Assembly (NCBI GenBank): GCA_907165135.1
Contig: OU015566.1
Span: forward strand, 12,462,001-12,526,000
Reading direction: 5' to 3'
DNA: 64,000 bases
DNA from: Oikopleura dioica
Lineage: Eukaryota; Animalia; Chordata
Shown here: positions 1 to 12,278 of the stretch, piece after piece
Layout of the letters: each line of letters opens with the position of its first letter
How positions within the stretch are numbered: the stretch's first letter is position 1
The notes under the pieces: generated by a model
What the model was told of the DNA's origin: nothing
Database searches by the model: none
What the model saw: only the letters and a program-made list of their open reading frames with translations
Made by a program: the position numbers and the translations under genes

Positions 1-805
1 GATAGCTGTTGGGTCTGCTCAACTACCTTGGCGATGTTTGTGTTTGTATCGCTGACCTTGTCTAAAGAAAAATAAATAGAAAAAGTTCTTTAATTCGAAA
101 TCTCTTGACCTTCTAAATGATTTAACAAAAGTCTTTTGTCAAAAGACTTGCTAATTAGTAATCAACTTGCCTGTGAGCGAGGTCCCATATCTCTGCGAAG
201 CTCCGCCACGAGTACCCAAAATTCGAATGTACATTTTCTCTTCTTCTTTCGTAAAAATTTGACCAAGGATTCTCTTTCTATTTTCTATGCGGATGGATTT
301 TGAATGATGAAAACTTTCGGCACTTATAATGGTTCTCGAGAAAATTTACTCTCGACGCATGGCGGGGGCAACTTTGAGTCACTCTTGCATCACACAGAAC
401 CCGGGGTGTGTGCCTAACCTTTTGACCAAGTTGATTGAACAAACCCATCTAGGTAGGCCAACCCTTAATAAGAGTACTATCGTACACGACATAGTGCGTT
501 TTTCGAATTTGTAATGAACTTTGACAAAAAGTAACAGTATTTTCATTAATTCATTATTAATTACCAAGGTGATACTTCTGAGAACCATGCCAAAACGGCC
601 AAAAATTAGCCCAACGCACCTTTTTATGATCAATCAATTTGCCGATTTCACTCTCAAGCTACTCATTTTTCCAGCCGCTAGCATCATTAACGGCCTTTTT
701 AGCATCAGACTTGTCTCATTTCATAACACTAAAATAATTATAATTTGGTTAGTTAGCATAGCGCAAGGTTCATGGTTCCATTTCGAAAGTTGCAGCAAAC
801 TGAGC

Positions 806-3800
806 ATGGTAATATTTTTTTTCAAAGAGAGTTCAATACGTATTAACGATGAGTTTAGTTTCTCCTCAATTTTCTGCTCTTGTGGCAGAGAGGAGTTCTT
901 GCACTGGACTGCAATGCAGGCTCAGTGGACAAAACAAAAGTGCCGAAATCTTTTGGCCCGGATGTGACGGAATCAACTCTTCGGAAAGTCTGGCCAAACA
1001 TCCATAGCGCCTACCCCACTGTGAATTTCTGGGACTGGTACAAGTTCTTCACCACTTACGCGGCTTACTTTAATCATGGAAAGAGCATCGCGAATGATAT
1101 TTATCAAGTGTGGCCGATTTCGCTTGATAAATATGGAGACATCAGAGAGGTGGATAACTACGACTACACTGTTGCGGAGGAACTGGGTCTTTCTTGGAAT
1201 GAGATGGTCTTTGATCAACTCAATATTCCAATAGTTTCTCTTGTTGCAGCGAATATCTTCTATGACGGTAATTAAAAGAACTCTTAGCAAACACAAGTCA
1301 AGTATTCTAGTGGAGGTGGGATTGAATAATTACTTTCATGGCGGATGGAACACATTCTCGATCAATTTCGGAGGGGCGAATAAAACTCGTTGGGATGAAC
1401 TCGAAGCGAAGTTTGAGTTTCAAGAGCATCTCAATCACGATAATTTTGACCTTCTGGTTGTCGTTGATGATTCTTCCTTGATTGCAGACGATGATTTCCA
1501 AGAAATCAAGAGCTTCATTGAGAATATCGAAACTGTTGCTAATTCAGCTTCGCTTGATATTTCAGTTCATCCTCTAAACGGCGGAAGCTTTCACACGTGA
1601 GCATCTTCATCAGAGAAAATGATGTAAAGAACGTCTTTTAGATTTCAAGCTGGGCCGCTCGATCTGAGCTCTTTCTCAAAAAGCTCAAGCCAAGACCGCA
1701 ACGTTGAAGCAGTTTTTGACAATATTTATGGTGACTTTACATCGGCCAGGTAAGATCGCAAAATAAATCTTTCGTCCGCTATTTTCAGATCCGATGCCGC
1801 AAAATACGTCCTGTTGATAATAACTGGCACTCCCACAGATGATGTATCTCGAATTCAAAAAAAGTATGCTAAAGAATGTCACCTGCTCTAACTCTAGCTA
1901 AAGCCTCCCTGGACATACGCAACTCATTGTCCTGAATATCGGAGGACAACATGTGACTCTTGATGGAGACACGACAAAGAACATGTACGCGTCAACAGCA
2001 GCTGATCTGAATTCGGATAACCACAGAGTAGAGAATATCCTTTTTGAAGTCACACAGGGTGTAATTTATCTTTCAACTGTTAGTGGTGATAGCTGGTCTA
2101 CTCAAAATATCAGACTCCATGCAAACTGTAAGTCCAAGAAAGAATTTCAGGCTTCAAATTAATAATCTTTTCTAAGCAAATCGTCAGTTCTCGTTCCCGA
2201 CTGCGATGCTTGGTGAAATAACCACAGAAATCCGAACTGATGATGGTTCTTTTGCCGAAGCAACTATTTTGGCCGGCGTTAGTGGCTCGCCAAGCTATGC
2301 TTTTTATGAATTGGAACGAAATGTGAACAACACTTCGCCAACCATCATCAAAATTGGGCCAACATGGGATACCACTTATTTTTTTATACTAAACGAGAAT
2401 GATGAAGATCTCCTTGTTGACTTCACGTTGGATATGCGCACACCTGTTTTCGGGTTTTATACTCCTGATATTGACATCTCGAGGTATATTAATCTGACGA
2501 AAAATATGAACTGATACATTTGTAGGTGTAATATTCACGAATACTGCTCTGCTGATGGAACCTGCGACTGTATTTCGACTTACTACAGGACACGAAATGA
2601 CCAGTGCACTTTTTCTCAATTCATCAAGAGACCAGAACTCGATACATTTGTTTGCGACCTCAAAGATGGTGAGGTCGAGTTTTACATCAATCTTACTGAC
2701 TATATTCCGCCCGTTACGGATCCAAGATACGAGGAAACGGTTGAAATCTCTTCCTAGCTGGCTCTAGAATAGTTCATACTATAATTTCAACCCTTGTCAG
2801 AAAGACATCAGAGGATTCTGTTTCGTCGACAACTCCACAATTTCTGGCCTAATCACGAAGCTTGAGTTGGCTGGTAGCTCAAACAACACCTTCGGAAACT
2901 CATCTTGCGCCTGTTCTGCATGGCTCAAAGGAAATCCCGGCGAGTTGCAGAAGTATAATCCGAGCGACTGTCCATCGGTAATGACAAAAGAATTTGTTCA
3001 AGACGAAAATGGCTTGCTCAAAGAAGTCTACTCGTTTGGAGTCGGCTACGACGACGCGACGATCGAGACAGGATTTGGAAAGATAATGGTCCAGGTTGAT
3101 TTGAGAATTTAATCATTGCTTTTTAAATAATTATTTCAGCCTGGAGCGAGATGGAAACTCTCATGTGACGTCAAACGGGCGTCCGAGATGTCGCTGGGCG
3201 ACGACGGCGGGCCAGCGGAGATTACTTACGAAATCGAGTCAGTGGACGGCATCGATCTTGAAGACAACCTCGACGAGATCAATTTCGACTTTGCTTTCTT
3301 TGCCACCACGGATTTAGAAGGAAACAAAAGAATTGGAGAAGAACCTTTGGAAATCGACCAAGATGTTTACATCCAGGCACAAATACGAAACAATCCATTC
3401 TTTAAACTCTTCACGAGTTATTGTGAGATCACCGTCACGACGAATGGCACGGACAGCATCTTCCAAGACATTGTCGAGCTCGGATGCGTGAACCCTGATT
3501 ACGAAGACTCGTTCCTCCGACCAGATGGATTTTTACCTCGAGATTCGGGTGTAGACAAGTTCATCTTGCGTCCAATTGTTCCTTCGGGCTTCAAAACAGC
3601 TTCCGTCGATGTGGCTTGCACGGTTTTGGCGTGTCCAGACATTGGACCAGGCGAGCCATTCTGTGCGCCAGGGCCGACTTGCGGAGATATCTATTCAGCG
3701 CAGACCCTGCGATCGCTCAAAAGGGGAAGTAACAAGCCTCACGATAAGGACATGAGTCTACAACTCACATATGTTCCAAAAAACAAAGCTGACAATGATC

Positions 3801-3895
3801 CAGAAGATCCTGAAAATCCTGAAGATGATGACAACTCAGCAGGAACAACATTTTTTAGCACTTTTATCGTATTCTTCTTATCGTTTCTTTTATAA
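806..3895 (+). CDS. Multi-exon secreted/GPI-anchored vWA + ZP-domain protein
   Basis: ATG 806 plus a GT-AG intron (809-858) gives signal peptide MFLLNFLLLWQRGVLA. vWA-like motifs DLLVVVDDSS..FQEIKSFI and YVLLIITG. C-terminal ZP-C Cys pattern (SYC..GC..CTVLAC..C..C), furin-like RSLKR, hydrophobic tail SAGTTFFSTFIVFFLSFLL. Middle exons only partly resolved. Confidence 0.75.
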
Positions 3896-4861
3896 AAAGT
3901 AGGTTTCTCTAGTTACATTTATTTCTGCCTATAATCAAGCATCCCTGAATGGAACGGCCGTGAACTGCGCATATTATTCGAGCTAAATTTAAGAAAATTT
4001 AAGAACCCAAAACTGAGAAAAGTTCATTGTCGCTCCTTATTTTCTGTATCTGACCTACTGTTCTTCGTTTACTCATAATATTTTCATACCCTTCATACAT
4101 GGCAAACCTTGTATTCTCAATAAAATGCCTAAATCGAATCCGACGTTTGATATCAATATCATCAAATATTCAAACATAAACTCAGCTTGGCTATATAATC
4201 TAGTTCAGATTCACAACTGATTTCAGAGAATCAATTTTTCTATCGTTTCTTGTCGATTAAACTCTTGATCAGATGAATTAGAGCAAACTAAGTTTCAAAA
4301 GATTTATTAATAACGAAGAAAGGGCTTTTGATCGTTCTCCAAGAAATATCTTCAATCTAAAATTCATATAAGCATTAGTCGAAGAGAAACGCTTCTGAAA
4401 TTGACATACCAAAAGAAAATCTACCGCTATTAGCTTCTTAAAGGAGACAGATATCTACAGTTGTATTTTCCTCCCGCGCGCGACAGGTCCTCAAGTGACA
4501 GTGAGCCTGAACAACGAAAATATTCCTAATCCGTTTTTTTATCGCCGAGAGCTCTTATTGCATTAGCGACAACACGAGGAAAATAATCAGCAGAAACAAA
4601 CGGCGACTAGCAGCGAAATTCAATTATTTTGTCCGAGTTTTTGACGCAATTAGACGCTTAGCTGATCAGCTATAAAGTCGACCAGCGGCTACGTTTCTTC
4701 AGACGTAATTCATCGCTTTTTTCCTAATCTCTCACTGCGAAAAAAGTAAGGGGTTGAGAATAAATTAGAACAAGGCCTAATTAATGTCTCAAAAACACTC
4801 GTCCCTTTCTTGGCCTCGGACCAGAGTGTGAAACACATATTTCTCAACCCTTTTTGAAGAG

Positions 4862-5448
4862 ATGAAAGCTTTCGTGATATTCTTGGTCATTCAGAATGTT
4901 TTAGCGAGAGCGACGGGAAAAGATGAGAGAAATTTTGGGTAAGTGAAGATTTTCGAGGTTCTCCTCCTTGATTTCAGAAAGGAAATTCTAGCAGAAGAGG
5001 TCAGATCGTTGACAGTTTTTACATATTTTTCTTCAGAGGAAATTTGGACTACGATCCTAATTCATGCAACCTCCCGGAGAATCGACAAATGTGCGTTATT
5101 CTGAGCCGTATGATGAGACCCAGGTAACAGCTTCCATATTTACAAAAAGTCAACAAATCTTGTAGATCAGAAAACATGAACGAAGCGCCTCCGAAGCGCT
5201 CTGTAATGACGCCAGAAGCAGATATCTCCAGCGCAGATATACAAGCTCTCCTTGATCGACTCGCGCTAGAATTTTCCCCAAGCATGTCCGATAATCCGGG
5301 GCTTCGTCCTCCAGAGCTTTTGGAACGCTCAGTGCGAACGCCAGAAACAGACATTATCGGAAGTCTACGACTCCAAGCTCTTCGAGAAAGACTCGCACGA
5401 GAAAGAGCGATGATGAGGAATTTTGGTGGTGCCGATTTCGACTTCTGA
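4862..5448 (+). CDS. Small secreted protein, candidate neuropeptide/hormone precursor
   Basis: Signal peptide MKAFVIFLVIQNVLA. GT-AG introns join exon 1 to the ORF ending at 5448. Internally repeated segments follow basic sites. Confidence 0.65.
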
Positions 5449-6988
5449 AAATGGACGAGAAGGAAGTTCTTCAACGATTAATAAAGTAAACATACACAAA
5501 TGCTCCGAAACGATTTTCGACAAATTTTATTTGTTTTAAAACATGTTATTACGCTCATTCGCTCAAACAAAAGGGAAACTGTTCACGCTGTGCCAAGTAA
5601 TCAACTTGATTACTTATTTTTATGAAATAAATATTATGTAGTTGATAAATTCATACTCATATTTTTGCAAAAAACTTGCCGAAGGGAAAGTAGAAGCTCG
5701 CTTGGGGCCAGCGCCTGGTGGAGATTTACGACTCCAGCTCGTAGTGAACGAATCAGCGCGCTGTTTTCTAACGTTTTTCCCTTCTTGCCTTCAAACGAAC
5801 CCGGGGTTAACGAACCCGCTTATAAGCTGATCATACTTTAATTGACCGTCAATTTCTTGTTAATTAAGCCAATAACTTAATAAGTTATTGACGATAACTA
5901 AGAGAGAAGAATATGCCTAACTTTGTAGGAACGGTGAGAGACTTTTTATAAACTCAGTGTATGAAATCAGAATGATTTTTGGGAATGATGTCGAAAAAGT
6001 GGCCTTTTTGAAGGTTCTCTGCCGAAGAAGCCCTAACAACATTTCTAAAATTTCAAGCACTGACTTTGTAATTTGATAAAAAATAAAACAAAATTAGTAA
6101 AATAAATTTAAGAGCCAAGACACAGAGCAGCACATTCTCCTCATAGAAGAAAGACATGCAATTCAACGAGTCACCTGGATTCTTGATTTGCATGATAACT
6201 TCGAAAACACAAGCGGCTCTGGTCCTCCACAGTAGAGTTCTGCTTCATACATACTATGTTCCTACTAGGTAAATTTGAAGATAAAAATTATAACGAAGAG
6301 AATTTTAAAGAATAACTCATTGCCCAATACCGACACGAACTTCAGCTCTTTCTTCTTGATTTCATATACACTGTCCTGATTGACATTCCAATTTCTGTAT
6401 AATTTAATTCAATCAACTTTCTCTAATCTCATTTGTTGTATTTTGAAAAGACATTTTGTACGTTTCTCGGGAAATCGCGACTTTGCAGTCGCGACGATGG
6501 TCTTTAAACATTGTCCATTTGTTTCTCAATCTTGATTCAATGCAATGTAAATAGTAATTTTCCCTTTACGATTATGTTTTATTTGCCCAGTCACCAGATC
6601 TTTCCTTTTTATGGGGATTTTCATAATGGGACTTCAGTTCGTTATTACGCATAAATATGAATTCATGAGTTAGAACGTGTATTTTTGTTTTCCTACTTTT
6701 TCTTTTAGCGGAAATATTCAAAGAGTTGACATTTATTATCTTTGAAATCAAGGAAGAGAAGACTTTTTATCTAGCCGTTGATTCTTCCGTAAATCAGAGA
6801 ATACGTCACGCAGCATTCTATTAATGAGCATGTTTATATAAAGAAAAGTCCTTTGCTACTCACGTGACCACATAAACGGTCGTTGCATTCCTTGGTCAAG
6901 AATTTGGTAGGGCTCGAAGTTCTGGACACTGTTCGCGACAAAATGCTGGACACTTCGGGCTAGAAAAAAAAAACATTAATTAAAAACT

Positions 6989-7686
6989 TCATAGAGCCCT
7001 ACCGATCACGAGATCATCGTTAGATTTCTCAGAGTCGCAGACAGAAATGATGTAGTCGCTAATTGAAAGATCATTTTTCACCGATTCATCCCAAATTGCC
7101 ACGAGTTCCTCAGCCTTTTCGCACTTGTTGTTGTAGTCAAATTCGCCAGCTATCATGCTAAATTTTTGTAAATGCAATCATCATTAGCAAAAATGATTCT
7201 CTTACTGGAGATCAAAAAGAATGTGCGTCTTGGCTGGTCGTCTTCTTTGCTGCGTGTAATCATAACTAATTAATTAAACATTTTAGCAGTCGTCTAAGAA
7301 ACCTGAATTCAATTCCAATAGCTCTGTAGCAGCCCTTAGAATCGCAGCAGTTTCGACCGGCACAATCTGCTTCGCTCAAAGTTGCTTCAGTTGCCGAGTC
7401 TTTTTGGCCAATCTTCGCCGTTGAAAATTTCCGGGAAGGATCACTTCCATCTGGGACTTCGTAGACAAGCGTAATAAATATTTTTGACGGGTCAGCTTCA
7501 AATTTTTTAAATAAAATAGCTGTTAAAATAGAGACCTAGATTTTGAAAGACATCTTGTCGAATCTGCTCTGCTTTCTCGTCCAAGGTTGATTCATCTCTG
7601 AGACTCAAGACTGCCCAGAATTTGAAGTCAGAAACCCAACTTGCATTCGCAAGAGCAAAAATTAATACTAAGCTAAAATTTCTCAT
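6989..7686 (-). CDS. Uncharacterised secreted Cys-containing protein (multi-exon)
   Basis: MRNFSLVLIFALANA signal peptide at 7686; open exons including CAGRNCCDSKGC; last exon is ORF 6989-7177. Confidence 0.55.
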
Positions 7687-7851
7687 TGCATATTTTTTTA
7701 ATTGAAAAGGCTGATTTTGATGCTCGACAGTTGCTGGTGTTCTCACCGAAAAAACTGCAAAACAGAGTCAGATGAGTAAATATTTTATTATTGAGTAGAA
7801 TAAATGGCTAGAGAAGATGATAGATCAGTTTTTCGGAGCTCTCCAAGAAAT

Positions 7852-8305
7852 TTAAGCAACGATGGCAGGTTTGAAATTGACTGGGAGTTCTGGATGAATG
7901 TTTCGGACGCTCGCGACCAAATCAGCAATCACCTGAATGAAGAGCTTCTTAGTAAACGAAAAGGGTTGAGGAGTATAACCTCTTTCTGCTGCGCAGCAAC
8001 TCGTTTGTTCATCTCTTCGATTTCCTTTTTCGTTTTCGCGTTGATCAAGCTCTGAAGTTTGTCCGAGCCGCCCATAATTGAAGCTTCGATTTTCTTGAAT
8101 TCAGCATCTCGGTCGGCCTGGAATTTTTTGATTTCGTCCTTGGCTTCTTCTTTTGCTTGCTTCAATTTTCTTGCTTTTTCTAAAAGATTCTTTCACAAAA
8201 AGCTTTTTGAGGCTGAATTCAACCTTTTCTAGCAGCGTCAACCTCCTTTTGAGCAGCTTTTTCTGCTTCCAAAAGTTTCTGAATCCCTTCGCTTTGGCTC
8301 GCCAT
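7852..8305 (-). CDS. ATP6V1G: V-type ATPase subunit G
   Basis: MASQSEGIQKLLEAEK..KARKLKQAKEEAKDEI..VIADLVASVRNIHPELPVNF; three exons with GT-AG introns. Confidence 0.95.
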
Positions 8306-8617
8306 TATTTTTTCTCTTTGATTTCAACTGCGTTTATCTCAAAATCAGAAGGGCAATTATGTGTTTTTCACAGCTTGTTTCACTTTTGCGTAGAATCAAT
8401 GAATCATTTCCCTTGGGTCAAGCGATCCCAGAAGACGGTCAAAATAAATACTGTCCCCCGATCGATGTTGTCCTGTCTTCGAAGATGGCTAGCATCTAGA
8501 ATTCTGGTACAAATTACTACCAATTACAATAATGAACAGTCTTCTATGATTTCAATGAAATTCTAGCAGCAAAAAAAGACCAGGAAAATTTATTCATTTT
8601 TGCACAGAAAATGCGAG

Positions 8618-10173
8618 CTATTCTAGCTGAATTATCGGCATTCGGAGCCAAGCCGGTCTATGCCAATCGCTTCTTCTTTCTGCCTTTCTTTGAGACGCAG
8701 ATTTTATTTCTTCCTCAAGCTGTGACTGCTCCTTGAGAAGTAAATTTGTAAGCTGTTGAAACTCACTTTTTTTAAGTGAATGAACTTACATTTTGCGCGA
8801 TATTTTGACTCTTCGTTTGAATTTTTCTTGGATGAGGAGTTGCTTTGATCCTCGTTGTTTCCGATGGACTTTCTATTTTCAACGGAGGACCAAATATTTT
8901 CCGGACAGGAGTGACTTCGAGCTTTTTCAAATCGACTTCGAGCTGCTTAAAAAAGTTGGTATTAAAATCCATTTCATCTAAGACCACTTACTTTTGGTGT
9001 CATTAGTTGGGTCTTGGGTTGAATCTGTTTCGGATTCGGGGTGTTATGACTGTTCGCCGTTATTGATAGTCGTTCTGGAGTTCGAAAAGACGAGTTAGGC
9101 GGCTGATCAGGTGACTGGGTCAAATCGATGATGTCTTCTGTTTGAACTTTTGGAGGCTGTGGAGCTGGAGTCATCTTTGCTTCGGTTTTTATAATTTTCG
9201 TCCACGAGATAGCATTATTTATAAAAGAAGCTTAACCAATTCCTGAGTTGAAGAATCGACCTTCGTTACGATTTCATTTTCGGGAGTCATTTGGCGAGTA
9301 TTGACGATTTGTGATAAGCCTGGAGTCATCTGGGTCGCACTCTCCTTCATTTTGACCTGAAACTATTAACTTGCATGTTTTTCCTAGAATAAACCTACCG
9401 GGCTTCGCTTCGGAGTAATTTCTTTTTTGATCGATTCATCATCAGAAACTATCGTTTCGTCACTGTCATAGTCTTTCGCCTTGGGCTCTTCCTTCTCCGG
9501 CTCTTTCTTTGCTGGCTCTTCCATCTTTGGTTCATTCTTTTCGACACATCCTTTCATGAAATCCTCGTACGCCGACCCAATTTTCCCTTTCTTTTTCTGA
9601 AGCGAAGGCAGCAGTTGCATCTTTCTCGTTTTCTCCTGGGCTTCTGCGTTTTTCTGATCCATCAGACTTCGGCGCCACGCAGGTTGGCTGTTTTAGGGGT
9701 CAAAACAGTTCCTAAATTTAGCTAGTTTTGGGCTGAGCTAGCTCGGAAACGAGCTCGGATGGCAAAGTGCTTAGTTTTGAGCTAAGTTCGAAAAGTAAGA
9801 AAATATTTTTCGAGTCAAAATTTAAACCCAAGCCTTTGGTAATAACTTCGTTTGCCAGTTCTTTGAGGGGCAAAAGGATAGTACGGCTGTGGCTGAAGAT
9901 TGATAGCTTGAGGAGCAGGCATTTGGGACGGTCCTTGCTGAGAATTTGCGTTCCAAAGCGGCTAAAAATTTTGATAGAGCTGAAAATAGAAGGAAGTTTT
10001 ACCTGGGAATTGTTTGAGTACTGTGAGAACTGACAGCTCGAACCACTGTGCCTCTGACTGTATTGGTTGTATCTCTGCATCTGATTCTGTGAGCTCTGGT
10101 AAGTTTGAGAGTTCTGTGAAGACTGCGAATAATAGTTGTTGTTGTAATTTTGATAATTTGAATTTCTCCTCAT
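8618..10173 (-). CDS. Uncharacterised low-complexity (S/Q/N-rich N-terminus, K/E/P-rich middle) multi-exon protein
   Basis: Chain of minus-strand ORFs (9718-10173, 9384-9662, 8974-9174, 8772-8987) separated by short introns; no recognisable domain; some junctions unresolved. Confidence 0.5.
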
Positions 10174-10199
10174 TTTGCTCTTTTCTCAAATTCGAACAA

Positions 10200-11089
10200 A
10201 TGAGAGATGACAAGCTTGGGCGTCAACGAGGAGTTCTCGCGCAGTTTCGAGCGGAGGTGGCATTTCTCGAAGAAAAATCGAGGAGGTGGCTAACAGACCA
10301 ACCAGGGCTTCACGAGGGGCTCGAAAACCTTTCCACGTGGAAATTGCCGTATAAAAACGCGTGTACTAAGCACAATCACTCATTCTTAATCGTTGAAAAA
10401 TACGGAAAAGGACGATGTCTGCTCAGAGCTCTCAAGGAAAGGCGATGAAAACCATAAATGAGGTATAATTAACAATTTTAGCTACACGTTCAATTATTCT
10501 AAAAAGTATGAACTAATGATTTTCTTTAGTCAGCCGATGAGCTCCTCCGAAATGCGGAAGACTTCGTGAAAGATGTCGAGACATGGAGGACATACAAGGA
10601 GTGCAAAAAGCAGAGCGACGCATTCTGAATGCGGCATTCAACAGATTCATGGAACTAGATGAATCTGATGAAGAATACAAGGAGTTCAAAGAATGGTTGG
10701 CAAATCAATCTCCTCAACCAGCTGCTTCCTCTCAGCCAGCTTCTTCATCCCCAGCCGAGGTAAAATATTTTTCCGTCCATTATTTAACTCTTTTCTTTAG
10801 CAACACGAGGAAAAATGCGAGGAATTCGAAAAATTCCAGAGATTCCAAGGATGAAAAGAATTCTTGAATGAGTTCGAGGAATTCTGTGAATTTAAAAAGG
10901 TCGAAGAAGACTACAAGGAATTCCAAGATTTCAAGGATTGGCTAGAATCAGAGGAATCTTCCCAACAAGCCTCGTCTTCTCAACCATCTTCATCCGAAGT
11001 CGAGGTAAAATTCTTTTCTTTCTTTATGGAAATTTAATGCTTCATTTTAGCCGGAAGCTGAGGTCGACAAGAAGAATGCTCAGAATTGA
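10200..11089 (+). CDS. Uncharacterised acidic protein with duplicated YKEF..W-SSQP exon modules; contains an in-frame TGA (possible pseudogene or null allele)
   Basis: Exons joined by GT-AG introns read TWRTYKEFMELDESDEEYKEFKEWL..SSQPASSSPAE | ..FQG*KEFL..YKEFQDFKDWL..SSQPSSSEVE | PEAEVDKKNAQN*. 5' start uncertain. Confidence 0.45.
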
Positions 11090-12278
11090 ATATTTCTGCC
11101 TTTATCTCAGATAACAGTTACTGTATCCGTGATTCTGTAAGGGGGATATTTTTAAAAAATAAAGCAGCATATCTTTAATTTCGCTGTTGATTAATTAAAA
11201 ACTCCAATTTGCAATGAAAATATCGATTCACTGAATAAAGGGTTGACGAAATTTCCAAAATTTCAATCGCGCCGCATTTTCAAGTTTAGCGTGAGTTGAG
11301 CGCCGCTGGGCTCAGAAATTGAGCGCCATTGGCTAATTTTGCGCCTTTTTCATTTTTTTCTTCGTCTTTGAACCCAGACGTCGTGACTCATTCTTCTCGA
11401 CTCACGGGTTCGAAAAATTATCTTCTGCTCCTTTTGATCGAGAGAAAAGAAAATTGAAAAAAGCATCAAAGAAAAAAGAGGGATGAAAACGGAGAATACA
11501 TACAAGCCGATTATAAAAGCACGCGGTAGTCATGGTATGTACTGTCTCTGTCTGTATATAAGTGGAGGGCGAAGCAAATAGATTTTTGAAATTTTGGAAA
11601 TTGGAATTTTGAGGCTTTTATTGATTTTTTTCGCGAAGGAGTAATTAAATTTAGGAAAGAAAAAGAGAAAAAGAAATAAAAAGGGTAAGAAAAATGTGCG
11701 AAATTTAAAATTTTTCAAATTTGGATGTCTTTCAAAATAATTTAATTTTGAAAATTACTTGTTCTGATTTTTGCATGTTTCCGATTCTTCGCCTCAAATC
11801 GCCTTTGAAGCGAGTTTTTTTTCGCTACAAATTCATTTTGAGGCGAAGATTCGCTTCGTCCTTTTTGTGGTTTGCTTTGCAACAAAACCTATTTGCAGCA
11901 AACTAAGGGGGTCAAGCGTAAAAAACATCGAAAAAGGGACCGTCTGGAAATCAGCGATTTCTAGACCACTGGCCAAAATACCGTAGCTACCTCTTGTCTG
12001 AGTTTCATTCTTTTTCAAGGTCATTAAATTATTTCCCCGTCACTTTTTGTTGTTCATTTTTCGCGATGAAAATTGCTGATAAGGGGAGCGATAAGAATCA
12101 GTTCCATAAAATGACACATTTGGGGAATGGCGACGGAGTTGTATTTCACGGTATTGTAAACAAAAGTCGCCTCACCTTGCGTTTGCGTAATTTTGCGATT
12201 TCACCATTTTTCGCAATTTTGAAAAATTTAAATTCATTTCTAGCGAAAGAAAAACGCTGGGACTCGAAGAGCGAACTG

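Noticed and set aside
329-967. Short ORFs on both strands upstream of the ZP gene
   Set aside because: No domain signal; they overlap the promoter, first intron and signal-peptide exon of the ZP gene.
6475-6494. 8-bp stem palindrome TCGCGACT-TTGC-AGTCGCGA
   Set aside because: Isolated, with no flanking element structure; compatible with chance.
10852-10854. Selenocysteine reading of the in-frame TGA
   Set aside because: Sister repeats have Trp, there is no redox motif, and no SECIS is recognisable by eye.
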